The notes: generated from the letters alone by a model not told the origin. Shown: positions 10,701 through 24,413, counted from the first letter of the whole stretch. The stretch: DNA of 56,742 nucleotides, filler included, from Platydemus manokwari (GCA_037951405.1; 5 parts of 5 records of this genome joined end to end with filler, not necessarily neighbours in it); one strand, 5' to 3'. A program made the numbers and translations.

Positions 10701-12699
10701 GAGTGTAGCAATATTCGAATCACTTTACAGTTGTATTTCAATACATAAATAGTATTCGATGGAGAGTGATATCTAGTAATCTTTGTTTGAAGGAATCAAT
10801 AATGAAAGGGGTACGGTTTGAATAGAGAAGGAAGAAAGTGTAATCCAACAATAACATTAGAAATTCTATTTTGACTATTCTGTCAGTGTTTAGAATTTTA
10901 TTAACTAATAGGTAATCTCATTAATTTTAAATTTTTTCTTATTTTTTCTTCAAATAAAACGAGGTTTGAATAAAAATGTTTTCGTTTACTTTGTTGTCGA
11001 TTGTTTATTTGTTGACAATGTTAGACATCACTGTCAATTAATTTATCGATTGATAATCAGTAGTCACAAATAATGGTGACGAATAACTTATTAAACATTT
11101 CGATGATTATAACGACTATTTCCTAATGAGACGGATTAGCAATGATTACTGAGAGAACCAGTAATCACAACAAGGATTATTATTAACTATTAGTGAACCT
11201 TTGAGCTATAATCGTCGAGAGCAAAAATAGTATAGAGCTAATCACATTTGTTTACATATAGTCATATTCGATAGGTATATTTTCATGATCAAAACCAACC
11301 AATACAACATGTCGTGTTTATTGTGGTATTTTGTATGACACAGAAAATTATACCGTGTACGTATTGGGTTATAATAAAATAAAATCGAAGATTTGGTGTT
11401 ACCTGAATACCTGAATGTTGAAAAATGAACAATTAAAGGTCACGATTTTAGTTCCCATAATAATTTTATCCTTTCAGAAAACAAGGTGTTCGATTATAGC
11501 ATTTATAATATTTACAATATAGCTAATCAGTGATGATTACGATTTCCTGAAAATAATGAAAGATGCAACTCTAAATTAAATTCAATAATCTGAATGATAT
11601 ATTGCGAATTAATATATGTATAATTTTCAATATTTACGAGGTACAATGTACTATTGTTGACGAATATACCCTTCAATTAAAGAATCAAGTGAGTCCAATT
11701 AAATGAAGAAGCGTTTCATATGGAAAAAATTGAAAGAGGTAGACGTAATGACTGGCAGTCTTTTCTATTTAGAACAACCACACAGCTATGGGCGCATTAT
11801 CAAAATAAAATTTAATCAACTTATCTTCTTTTTTTCTTTTGATAATTTAACTATAATGCTTAACAGTTTCTTCGAACGAAATCACGAGATTTTTGTAAAG
11901 TTAACTGCAAAATTGTGTTAAGGCACTGTTTATAGATCATTTCACTTTGATGTCACATGCCTTGTTGATGAGTAAAATTATTTTGTTAACTTTTGTATCT
12001 AATTTTAGTAACTCTTAATACTCCAGTTACTAAATTTATCAACAGTCTAGTGTTTTTACTGATGTTTGTTTTTAAACTTGGTTTTGCTATTTTAAGTAAT
12101 GATGTAGTTAATAAAAATAGATTGATTTTATTAATATCTTCATCCTTAAGATATTTTGTTGATAACCTTCAACTCACTTTTTATTGTGTTAAAACAATTT
12201 TTAGCTTTATTTAACTTAAATAATTTTGTATATACCTTTTTCATTCTGATTATTTTATTTTTTAATGTTTTAAATAAGTTTTATATTTTATCTATTTATT
12301 GTTTTTTGAGTTTTGTTTTATTTCATATATATTTACTCTCTAAATTAATATGTCACTATGTCTTTATATATTTGTATTGCAAAGAAGGTGCTTATACAAT
12401 AATTAAATAAATCTTTTATTTAATTTAAAGACATTTAATAATAAAATAATAGAAAATGAAAAAAAATAGCAAAATGAAGATATGAAAATTAGATGAGAAC
12501 GAATAACAGATAATTGTTTAAAATATATTGAAGCCATCAATCTTGTAGCCTTTTTATTATAACAGAAAAGCTACGTAACGTATGAAGTACGTCAACATCA
12601 TTTAACCCATAGAACTTCAAAAAATTTTCATACATCCTTACACATTAAAAAAAATCAGAACCGATATTAATTTCACATCTTCAGGACTGATATAAACAT

Positions 12700-13800
12700 T
12701 ATCATAAAGTATTTGGTTATAACGTGTGGGTTGCTGCGGCTTATTTTATGAGTTGCTTCTGGAGGAGCCTCAATAATTTCAAATTATGACGAAACTATCG
12801 AAAATTTACTGAAATTTAAATGTAAATTAAAGCGGATCCCAACAATATTGATCGGTTTTGGGGTCAGTCTCTTTTTTATTAATTGTATTTTATGGTTATT
12901 TTATTTTTGGTTGAGCAATATCACAGTCTTATTAGTCTCACGGAGTTCTTATAACCCCAGGTATTGATTAAATATATTGTTTTTATGATCTTTCTTTGCC
13001 TTGATCGTGTCAATCCTCGTATGAAGACGAGATGAACGGCTCAATGATATTGCTTTGGATTTTATCAATCTCAAATTATCATATTTATGGTTATTATTTG
13101 CCTCTTTACACCTTCCTAAAAAGATGGTGAATTGACAACGAAATGATTCTTTACAGATAGTGAAATGACGCTTAGGGCACTCGCCAAATTTAAAACCAAC
13201 TAGTTGACTATTATAAAACTTTATTGTTATAAAATTACAAATAAAAAATGACTACTTTTATACAATTAATGGAGTTATAAATTACTACTTTTATGTTTAA
13301 ATACAACGATACTTGTATGCACAAAACAACAAGAGTTTGGGCACAATTCGGTACAAAGCTCCATTTAACACTGCTCACAAGAGAAGTAGAACCGTTCCCA
13401 CATATACGCTTTTCATTGTAAATTATCGATGATTTTACAAGTACGATTTCTTACTCGTTTCGGGGCTTCCTATTGAACAATTAGAGTATCAATATTTATA
13501 TTGATCTACCAGATAAACTGGTCATATAATTGGCCACAGGAAAAATTGGCTTGGGCTTTGACTGTCTTCGGCAACGAATTCGAATAGTTGATTACGGGCT
13601 CACTAGTGGTTTCTAAAAATGGGGCAAGGCCTATTGATTTTAAGGGTCTATTTATATAGATTTTTATTGGGGCTGAATTTTTATTCAAATGCGGGTTCTT
13701 TTCATTTTTATTCGAACGAATTTCTTTTCAATGGTGGTTGTCATTGCATTGTATGGGTAAAAACTGGTGTTCATTATATTTTTATGAAAGGGAATTTATT
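12700..13800 (-). mobile_element. Degenerate LTR retrotransposon pol remnants
   Basis: Minus-strand fragments LPKTVKAQANFSCGQLYDQFI (RT-RNaseH connection-like) and NLASALS (NxxADALS-like) amid many stops. Confidence 0.3.
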
Positions 13801-14220
13801 TTTATCTTGTTAGCTGTCAAGCTTCTATTATTAAAAATAGGGGTAATTTCTTTTTATGTGGGTATTATGGATATTTGTATATTTTTAAAAAAGGGGTAAT
13901 TTTTAGTTGTTGGGTAAAATATTGGATTATTTTTCGGGTTAATCATATTCTTTTAAGTAAACGGTTCTAAATTATAAATTTAATTTTATTTCTAAAGTTA
14001 TTTTATTTTAAATTCTGCTTTATTATATTAACTTTTAAAAGAACCTGTCCAGAATAAAACGAATAAAATAAAAAGATATTATTGATAATAAAAATTACTA
14101 CTAATATACACCAAATACAATAATCTAAAACTTTCATGCATAGGAAAAGAAAATCAGATGTCATTGTTCCAAAAATCCAACAATATTATCAAATTGTTGT
14201 AGCGGACTATTACGAAAATA

Positions 14221-14293
14221 TTAGGTTGTCCCATATGAAATGTCCGATTTTTATATATTGAACTTTAAATCAAAATTTTTTAAAAACTACTTA
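14221..14293. mobile_element. Mariner terminal inverted repeat, truncated by assembly spacer
   Basis: TA-TTAGGTTGTCCCATATGAAATGTCCGATTTT mariner-type terminus immediately before the N spacer. Confidence 0.6.
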
Positions 14294-14393
14294 NNNNNNN
14301 NNNNNNNNNNNNNNNNNNNNNNNNNNNNNNNNNNNNNTTAATTAATTAANNNNNNNNNNNNNNNNNNNNNNNNNNNNNNNNNNNNNNNNNNNN
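14294..14393. other. Artificial assembly spacer N44-TTAATTAATTAA-N44
   Basis: Identical 100-nt spacer occurs four times; its core has stop codons in all six frames. Confidence 0.97.
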
Positions 14394-15751
14394 TATATTG
14401 TTATTATCATTGTTTTTATTGGTTATTATTATTAGTTATTAATTATTATTATTATTGTTAATATTATTGTTAATATTATTATTTATTACATTTGTATAGA
14501 TTTATCATTTTAATTTATGTTTATATCTATGGTTTACTAATATAGCTGATGACTTAAATCACAAAGCAACTGATCATAAGCTACAAGATTTTGGAAGAAT
14601 TAATTTTTATCTAAAATCATTTGACATTATTATAAAATAATAATTTTTATCATTAATGATCATTATATTATTATAGATTTTTTATCATTATTAAAATCCT
14701 GATTAATATTGTAGAGTTTTGATTTATATTCTGATCGATATTGATAAATAGAAAGAACAATCAAACCTCTGTCTCTAGACGATTTGTTGAATTTAATAGA
14801 TACATTTTTTCTAGATGTAATGGGTTTTATTATTATCAATATGTTCTTAATACAGCATATTGATTATCCTATCAAAAACTACATATAAAATCACCAACGA
14901 AGTTTGATGAACGATTTTATTCAAAATGAGTGTGGAAATCCGAAGAACCACAATCGTTTTTTAAAGAAATCTGATCAGAACAGCACGTGTTCTTAAAATA
15001 AAAGCTATAGGTATGATAGGCAAGCGTTTTGTGCACCAGATTCTGAAATTAAAACAAGATTTTTGCATCTCAATCAGGATCCCCAGACTCCGATGATGAA
15101 ACAAATCAATGAATCCAAGTAAAATAAGATATGATGTTTATAACAAAAATGAATATACGATATCCTGTGGTACTATAGGTTTATGTAAGCTTTGATATTT
15201 AAATGATAGAACATGTCAAACTCGATAAATTATGTATAGAAATTTAAAACTAATATATTTTTCAATACAAAAATTCACCTCTTTACAAAATTAAATAAAT
15301 GAATTCAAAATCAATAAAAAGATTAATAAAAGTAATCAATAGTATATTCATCTTTATTATAAACATCATATATTATTTTATTTGGGTCCATTTTTTTTTG
15401 CTTTATCACTGATGTCTGGAGAATCCTGAAGGAGATGCGAAAATTGTTTTGTAATTTCGACATCTGGCACCAAAAACTGGGCTATCATTCTATTGCAACC
15501 AAATATTTCTGATTATTTTGTAATGAACAGTTAAAACTTTAAATTTGGAAAAAATGCTGTTCGGATCAAGAAAATCTCGTGTAATTCCTAGTATTTGTAG
15601 TTTGTATCTGCTATTCTTATTCCACTATTTCTGACCTCATTTTATCGGAAAGTTTCTTTAGTTTTCTATTTTTTATATTCTTCATACATTTCAATTAGAG
15701 GTGTCGAAATAATTTAATAATGCCACTTATAATTTAAATTACTCTATTCAG

Positions 15752-18700
15752 ATCTTTATATTCCATAAAGAAATCATTTTTATATGATTCTGTCGATTAC
15801 AAATCATACATCAGCAACGATTCTAACATTGATGAGACCGGTTCTTTTCATTGGGTTCCAGAAACAAATTTCGAAGAAATATGCCTAGTAAGTTGTAATA
15901 AATTTGCAGTGTTTTTCTTGAGGGTTATATTAAAATTACGAAAGTAAATTCAAAAAGTTTTTGGTGATCAAACATATTCCAGAGATCTGGATATTAAATC
16001 CTAGCCAGCTAACCTTTATTATTATTAAGATTTATCATCGTTAGTACCACAGTCCCATTCGTTATTTCGCTTTCCATATAAATCCTTTGGAATTTTACAC
16101 AGAGACAGCTATAACACAACACGATAATTCAGATAATCGATGTATGGTTATTGAACTAAGGCCATTTTGTAAATGCACTGCCGAAGTAATACAAACTCAA
16201 CATTTTCCTGTCAAATAAACAGAAAACAAAATCGCCACTTAAATCTACCACCAGAACTGAACGCATATTATTTTATCTTAACGACTAATAAAAATCAAGT
16301 ACAAAAGCGAAAACAAGAATCAATTATTGTAGATACTGATTGTAGTCAACGGTATATTATCATATAATCATTATCATTTCTTCTGATCTTTAATGATTCC
16401 ATAACGCACTAATAGTGATTTAATTTAATATTGATTTTATTGATCTAAAAAAAATCAAGATTGATTTTTATTATCATTAATGCTGTGTTTAGTATTATGA
16501 ATTTATATGTACTCCTCAGGATATCCAAGATGCAGAATCTCGAAATATTACCGATCATATTTTAGTGTGTATTTGTGGATCTGGAAATGGGACGATTGAT
16601 TTTTGCAATTTTATGATGCCTTTACGATCTCGAGCTTTGACGGGTAACAACTTGAGACAAATTGTATTTTTAGGAAATAAAAAATATTTCCTGGGACAAA
16701 AATGGCGAAACATAAAAAACTTCCCAAAGTTCCTGATAATAGATGTAAGAATGAAATTCTTCTCTTTATTTAGAAATTTTATTTTCAAATATTTCAAAGT
16801 CGTCATTATTTGATATCATTCAATTGGATTGTATCATGATACACCAACACCCAACACACTCATATTATGTGAAAAATCTGAAATAGTTAAGGCAACACAA
16901 TAACTTAAATAGCCAATCAAAATTCAGTAAAATCAAATGATATTATTGGATCCTTATTATCCATCTACATTTGTTGATTTACAGTAGAAATTGTTTTCTT
17001 CACATTGCACGTCATCTCATTTATTGTGTCTGTAAATATTGAACATTTTTCTGATACATATTTCAGTCAACTCATTCTGAATAAAGTGACAAAAAATTAA
17101 CTATTGGAATAATCTTTAAAATGTTGACGTAATACGACACACACTTTCAGCCAATAGGATACGAAAATATGAAAACTATCAAAGCATGAAATCTCTAAAC
17201 TTTATAAAGCACGCACTAAAAACGAGCAGAATAGACATAACACCAGAATTACACAATTTTTTTAAATAAATCAATATTTTATAAAAATCTGGTTTAAAAG
17301 CTTGCGAAATTTCAATTCATTATAATTCCTCGGAGAATCTGTTTCTAGTTCCTAGAGATTCATTGATCAATAGATTTTACAAAAGTTCAAAAACCATTGA
17401 GTTACCCATCATTGGTTATCAGTTACTGAATAAAATCAGATACCATGAAGTCTAATAGACTGTGATATTAATAGAATCTTGGACAAAATATATGAAAAAG
17501 TATCCGCGACAATCGGAAATCAATGCCGTTACAATTTATTTGAAGATATTTTCCGGAAACTGTTTCAATAAATTTAAATTAAATTAATTAATTAATTATT
17601 ATTTTAATTAAATAATGACTTTATTTGATGAAAATTTATGCCGTAGGGATCACCGATCCAAGCAAAAGATTTGAAATCAGCAGGATTACTCAGCTGCTTT
17701 GCATGTGTCATTTTAAATGTAAATGACAATACGGGGTCAATAACCGATAAAAATTCGATAATTTGCTCCACTCTTGTCAGATCCATGAAAAATGAACAAG
17801 ACGTGGATTTCAATATCATCACGGATATAAGTTATTTTTAATATTCTAATAATCATTACCGATATTATCACCAATAAAATATTATCATCAATATTATCAA
17901 TAAATTTGTTATTTATTAATATCTTATTTTAGATGATGATAGGTCGGCGTATCATCTCAGTTCCACTGATTCTCAGATGTATGATAGCAGCGTATCAGTG
18001 CAACATACTGAGCCATTTGCTCGGGGAATAATATTTGCAAATTCTTTTCTTTATAGCTGCATAAGTGCAGTAATTATTTTTTATATTCATTATATTCTCC
18101 ATCTGTCAATTTAATACTGAAGTATCATGACATGATAATCATGACAATAATAATAACAATAATAATAATAATAATGTTGGGTTGGTGGATAAATTCGTGC
18201 GGTTTTTTACAATAAGGAAAAATGCATACTGATCAAGAATAAAACCATGCAAAAAACCATTTCTCATCACCTATTACGATCCTGGAAAGGAAAGAATAAT
18301 GTTAATATTAATAACGAACGAGTAAATTTGCAGAAATCGAAACATGTTGATTTTTGTGACTTTCTTTGAGAAGTTGAGATAGCCATGATCCAAGCTTTCG
18401 CACTTTTCCGATTTTCTTGAGATGTCGAGAAATAGTGGTGTGATCACAATCCATATCTTGTCCAAGTGCTCGGGTCGATTGAATCATTGATTGGATCATC
18501 ATGAATCAGTTGGTTCAAACATCTTCATCAAAGGCCTGACCGAGGTGTATTGTTCGAATCAAAATTTTCAATGTTAAATTTCAAAAACCACTTTTGTGTT
18601 GTTCGTTCACTGACTGCCTTTTCTCCATAAACGCAACTAATCATTCTGGTGGCTTCTGCAGCGTTTAAATGTTGATTAAAATAGAATAGGAATAGATGTC

Positions 18701-19979
18701 GGAAATATTCATTTTTATATACCTGACACTCCATTTTAATGAGGATAATGAAAGTGAGAGTTAGTCTAAAATGATTTAATTAGATAATTCAGCTGAATGA
18801 ATAACTCAAATCAGTTGAAACAAGAAGTTTGTGTGTTTTCTGTGCAACAAATAAAACCGTACCAATTTATGCACCAACCCAATCATGATAATAATTATAA
18901 TAATAATTATTATTATTGTTATTATTATTAAAATTGTGAAGAGTTGTTTAATAGTGCACCGGATGGATTCCGTGAAGGGCTTATTTGAGTAAAGCGGTGG
19001 TTTATTCTAGTACAAAATTATAAAATGGTGGAATTGACACTCTATCAAATGATATTTATTGCAAGAAACTATCGTTGGAATAACTGCTGAAGTCAAAAAA
19101 ATATTTCATCACCGAACTCTATTATACAATACATTAATCTTTATAATAATTATTAATATTATTATTTGTATTGGTTGAAATTAGAAATATATTTTCAATA
19201 TATTTTATGACGAGATGAAAATTTCTTAGATAATTATAGTGTACAAAAATGTGGTTAAAACCCACAGATTGATATAATTCTTTGAAACAAAACCATTCCG
19301 CTATAAATTATTACCTCTAATAAATAATATGTACCTAAAAATTTCAAACGTAAGCACTTCTAAATCGCAGTTTAAATATATAACAAATTAAAACATTTCA
19401 TTTAAAAATTAAATAACGAAAAATTCATTCTAGATATCTGACAATCCGGAAATAAGTTCTTTTCTCAAAGTTCTACTAAATGGACCACAAGTAGACAGAA
19501 TTGAAACAATGTTTGGGTCTGGATTAGGTTGATTTATTATCGAGTTGAAACATAAAAATAATAGCATATTCTAAGTCAAGGATTAGCTCCTAACACAGGC
19601 AATTGTCCATTTCCCAGAGGACACGATGTTAAATGTCATCTCATACCAATCACTCAACCTCCTTTCAATTTAATTTCCAATCTATATGACGAAGTAAGAT
19701 GTGATTAACAAGACGATATTAATGAATAAATTCTATTAACAGACTTTAACATATGATATCCTGTTCAAGTGGGCTTTGATTGAAAAAAGAATTCTCTGCT
19801 TGGGTCTGTATCGATTAAACTTTTTAACTTTTGGTTATGTGTTTACACATCCTCATAAATCGACGGAAATCTATCAATCAGATCAGGTATCGATTATTTA
19901 TGAATTTTACTCTGATCTGGATTTATTGATTTTTTAGATTTATTGTTTTCGATCCACCAGATGCGATTCGGAACAATAA
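15752..19979 (+). CDS. slo: Slo/BK-family potassium channel, divergent paralogue; 3' portion (RCK1-RCK2 linker, RCK2, C-terminus), 5' exons not resolved
   Basis: Exons 15752-15887, 16520-16744, 17647-17830, 17933-18069, 19434-19527, 19581-19693, 19743-19886, 19938-19979; GT-AG, phase-consistent, about 357 aa. Motifs versus Slo1: DETGSFHWVP (DSTGMFHWCA), DHILVCICG...NFMMPLRS (GHVVVCIFG...NLVMPLRA), WRNIKNFPK, GSPIQAKDL, NIITDINDD, TEPFARG (TQPFACG), YDILFKWAL..ILCLGLYRL (YGDLFCKAL..MLCFGIYRL), YVFTHP...DQIYCF. Confidence 0.88.
18177..18882 (-). mobile_element. Internally deleted, inactivated cecropia-type mariner transposon in a slo intron
   Basis: TIRs TTGGGTTGGTGGATAAATTCGTGCGGTTTT and (reverse complement) TTGGGTTGGTGCATAAATTGGTACGGTTTT. 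Transposase pieces MECQVYKNEYFRHLFLFYFN...VYGEKAVSERTTQKWF...PRSG, TISRHLKKIGKVRKLGSW and FLSRIVIGDEKWFF, broken by stops and frameshifts; catalytic C-terminus deleted. Confidence 0.92.
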
Positions 19980-22614
19980 TATTATTATACTGATTTTAGA
20001 ATTTGTTTTAAAAATTATCTTTACTGGAAACAAAATCCTGATCTTTATTGTCATTGGTGTGTGTTATTATCAATATTATTTCCCAATAAAGACGAACTTA
20101 ATCTTTGATGTACATGAATCTTTAGCAAATATTCTATGATGAGTTTTATTTTAAAAATTACAGTTTCGATTTTATAAATTTTAATAACATATTAAAATCA
20201 TAGCTATCGTTATAAAAATTTAAAAAAAATTATTATTAATTTTTATTAATTTTTATAATTATTATCGTTAAGATTTTGGTGAATTTTATATTTTATCAAA
20301 GCTCCATTTAAAATATTAGTTGGATTTGCTAAAAAACCAAAGACTTGATAAATACATCGACGGTAGTCTTTATATATTTAGCTAGGAACGAATGCTCTAA
20401 ATATCGGTATTAGCTCTTTAGAGATTCACTCAATGCGAGTAATATTTATGAGGAATATGATACTGTGAAACCAAAAAGCAATTCCAATAAGTATCATTGC
20501 AAATGTGAATCAAATGAGCATCAATTATTGGAATTTATTAAAGAGTAAATTACTTAATGATCGACAGGCTAAGAACCTGGTATATCTTTGAACTACGAAT
20601 TGTGATCATCAATGATTGAATAACCAAATCTTCGCAATTTTAAAGGCTTAGTTAATAGAAAAGCATATTAAAAAAAAATTAATTTTGAACTGAAATACAT
20701 TTAATGATTGGTGTTTATGAAATCAATTTTAAATTATTGAATGATATAAACAAAACCTGACGGTGAATTAATGAGATTTCGAGTTCTGATATGAAATCGT
20801 CTTTATCAGAATCAGAATATAATTATCAATTTTCAACGATTATCAATTCATTCGATCCTAAAGATAATTTGCAAATTAATTTATTAAGTTAAATTCATCT
20901 ATATTTTCATTGCTTTTAATGTGCTTTGATATTTGATTTGTAATTCTAAAATTAATATTAATCTTCTNNNNNNNNNNTGATAAAATATTTGATTTTTGTA
21001 AACAATTTAATTTCTACACATGCAGCTATCTACTAAAAGAAAAATGAAATGATAAAATTATTAATTGTGACGAAATTATCAAAGATATTAAATATAGGAA
21101 CTATAGTGCTGGAGATAGATCTATTGTGGTCCTCAGCACAATTGGTAGATCAATATTTCAACTAAATTCCGTTAATTTTACCTTAAATAAAATAAAAGTA
21201 AAACATAAATTGAACAATATTCCTCCATCGTTCAAAAGCTTATCAATAATTAACTCATCGAAAACCAAGGTGTTTCATTTTGAACTCTGCAACATTTATT
21301 CAAAAATCTAAATTAATTTTTAAATAGAATTCAGCACTGATTTATTATCAATGAAATGTTTTGTTTCTCTTGCCGCTATTTATGAGATCAATTTTCTTTT
21401 TGTATTGAAATAGTATTTTGAAATTGTTGAAAATAGCATCGATCGATTGTGATCCAAGGTTAATAAATTCAGTGCTCATGCAGCAAAGGAAAAAATATGC
21501 GCGAAGCTAATGCAAACACATTAAAGCATGTCTAACTCCAAATTAATCAGAATTGTGGTCTAAATTAATACCGAAACTTGGTGAATTAGAGATGTTTAGT
21601 ATTAACTTTGAAACTTTACTATAAAAATGAGATAAATTTAAAACATTTTGTTTAAAAAATTTTAATTTTATTAAATTTTTAGCATGTTTTCCTAAAATTT
21701 GTTACAAAAATTTCTATTAAAAATTTTCATACTGGAGGAATATTAAATGGATTAATTATTATTCATTATTCGCGTTGTAAATGCCTTTGTTCCATTGATA
21801 AATTAAACAATTTTGACTGGTTGACGGGGCCAAAGTTGATAACCGAAGCTTGGGATGCAGTTGTAAGATCTTTAATAATCGTATAAATAATTGTTCCAGC
21901 ATTACCCATTTTTAATGAAATATTACGAATACATCAAATGTTTATTTTAGCTTTATCTTGTTATTATTGGCTCTAAGATTGCCAAACTTCAGTTTTCGAT
22001 TTTAGCTTAAAAATTTTTTGGTATGAACTTCATGGCAAATTAATATTTTAGGTATAATCGATATTTGAGGTAAAATAATACATGTAACACTAACACAAAC
22101 AATCAATAACATTGCTTATCTTAATAAAAAATACTTATTTCGTTTTCTTTCAACTTCGGACAATGCACATAACTGGTATTAAATCAGACTGGAACCAAAT
22201 AACTCGGTGATAACCACATGAAATTTATCCGGACAATGTTTTGATGTTAAGCATGGTAAAGTATAAAATGAACATCCAATTAACAGATACGTAATTACAT
22301 TAATTTGAATTCTTAACATAGTTGTGAATATCGATGGGGATCAACACTAACCTAGAGAAATATTAGTTCCTCACTATTCCACCAATAGAATATTTTCAAA
22401 TACATTTTTAGCTCTCCATCATCACACAAATATTGCCTTAATTTAATGATGTAATCACTTAACAAATCATCACATAATAAAATGGTTTGAAATTAAAGAA
22501 AATTTAAGAATATCCCGGAGAGCTTTAAGTGTTTAAACGCTAAAATTCACTTCAATGCAGTAACGAATAAATTATGTTCTCAATTGATTTAAACTATCAT
22601 CACAATTGTTTATT

Positions 22615-22710
22615 TATTTAATTTTATATCTCTAATTATATTTTATATATTTATATTTATATCTCTATTTATATTTTATATCTCTAATTTTATATCTCTA
22701 TATCTATACC
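22615..22710. repeat. Low-complexity TTTTATATCTCTA-type repeat
   Basis: Several imperfect copies of TTTTATATCTCTA and TTTATAT. Confidence 0.6.
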
Positions 22711-24134
22711 TTTGATTTTCCATTCTTTTTCTATGTTTTCGAGATGCATCAATCAGACAGAAATACAAAATAATTTGATCTCTTCTTGAAAATTATATGT
22801 AAAGTAAAAATCAAAATAAAATAAATTAAAAATTTAATAATATCTCGTCAGTTATTTATATAAATCTCAACACATTCGATATTTTCTGGATTTGGTTTTA
22901 GTAAAAATTCGGATTTAAATAACTGCTTTCAGCTATATTTGACTTATTTTCCCGGAATTTCAGTTAAAAATGTTATCATATATCAATAACAACAACTTAT
23001 TCGAAAAAAGGTCGAATTAACATTTATCGAGTGCTCCATTCAAGCGAAAATCTATTTAAGCAAACTAATTTTCACATCTTTTAGTATTTCTCAATTGTCT
23101 TTCGATTATTTCAGAAATCTCATACTTCGATATTGAACTCACAAGTTACTATATATTTCTTAGCGTAAATTGGATCTTCTCAATGACCTTGAATATTTGA
23201 TTCTAATAAATAAAATTATGATATTTTATAATTAAAAAATATTTGTTGTCGAAATCCATAGCATATCAATAACATTAGGTGATCGAGATTTCATTTCACC
23301 TCGATCTAGAATGATTGATGTCGACCAAAATGCAAAACTATGCATATATTAACAATGTCAATAACCACAAAACCCTATCGTATAAAAGATGAAAATAATC
23401 TGTGGAATGACCAGATAGTATTTCATTAGATTTTGTCATTTTAATTATAATATTATTCATAATTTTTTTTTATGTTGGGTTTCTGTATGTCTCTCGATAC
23501 TCGAGAATCTCCGATATATGCTGTTGCAGTAATCCAATAGATAGATTAATCGATAATTTAATATTATTTGAGTTTAAAAACTCAAATCATGATTTTAGGA
23601 TTTTTTATTCATGAACCTTTACACAAAGCTTTCAACTTCTCAGTAATCAATTTAAGTTAAACACAGCAACATGTTTGACCTCTTGCTTTCCAAAAAATTG
23701 CTCTCATGCCACCAGTACAATACTTTAATTTAAAAATTTATTCCTGTCGATTTGAAAAATAATTTTAATAATAATTAAACTGTTAATTTTAAAATGTATT
23801 CAAATTACGATATTTTCATTGGAATTAATTTACCCAATTGATTTCAAAATAAACTGTAGAAAATCAATACAATTTAAAAATATCCAGTCAGTCCAAATGA
23901 TTCAATTGAAGAACGTGTATGTTGACGTTTTGGTGACACTTAGTCTTTTATATGAATTATCTATTAATTAAAATTTTAATTTAATCTAATTCGAGTTGTA
24001 AACAGAATGTGATTTTTCGAAATTTTGATGAAGTATCTGTTAATATATTTGAAATTTTTGGACATATATATGTATATAGTTCTTATTGCATTTCATTTTA
24101 TTTTTATAAAATCAATACTGTTCTAAATAAAAAC

Positions 24135-24218
24135 AATAATATTTTAATAAAATCAATAATATTTTAATAAAATCAATAATATTTTAATAAAATCAATAAT
24201 ATTTTAATAAAATCAATA
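24135..24218. repeat. 20-nt minisatellite (AATAATATTTTAATAAAATC) x about 4
   Basis: Directly visible perfect tandem copies. Confidence 0.9.
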
Positions 24219-24240
24219 CGAAGGTAAGATTATTTATCTA

Positions 24241-24313
24241 CCAGGTTGAGTCAAAAGTTATTCATGTTTTTATGCAGGTATTTTATTAACACAAATTGTT
24301 ATAACGCTGAACA
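24241..24313. mobile_element. Probable Tc1/mariner terminus truncated by spacer
   Basis: TA-CCAGGTTGAGTCAAAAGTT start resembles mariner TIRs; contig ends inside it. Confidence 0.4.
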
Positions 24314-24413
24314 NNNNNNNNNNNNNNNNNNNNNNNNNNNNNNNNNNNNNNNNNNNNTTAATTAATTAANNNNNNNNNNNNNNNNNNNNNNNNNNNNNNN
24401 NNNNNNNNNNNNN
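24314..24413. other. Artificial assembly spacer N44-TTAATTAATTAA-N44
   Basis: Same 100-nt spacer. Confidence 0.97.

Noticed and set aside
11993-12410. Hydrophobic F/I/L-rich ORFs resembling membrane proteins (also 9985, 25864, 31290, 31781, 32798, 49649)
   Set aside because: Expected by-product of T-rich low-complexity DNA; no motifs or splice support.
14338-14349. TTAATTAATTAA palindrome recurring about every 10 kb
   Set aside because: Always centred in N44...N44; it is an assembly linker, not biological.
14500-15750. Additional upstream Slo exons (RCK1)
   Set aside because: Candidate AG/GT pairs exist but give no phase-consistent frame with recognisable RCK1 motifs.
16555-17822. Minus-strand ORFs 16555-16806 and 17604-17822 (also 4041-4381)
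   Set aside because: Antisense shadows of real slo and dlg exons.
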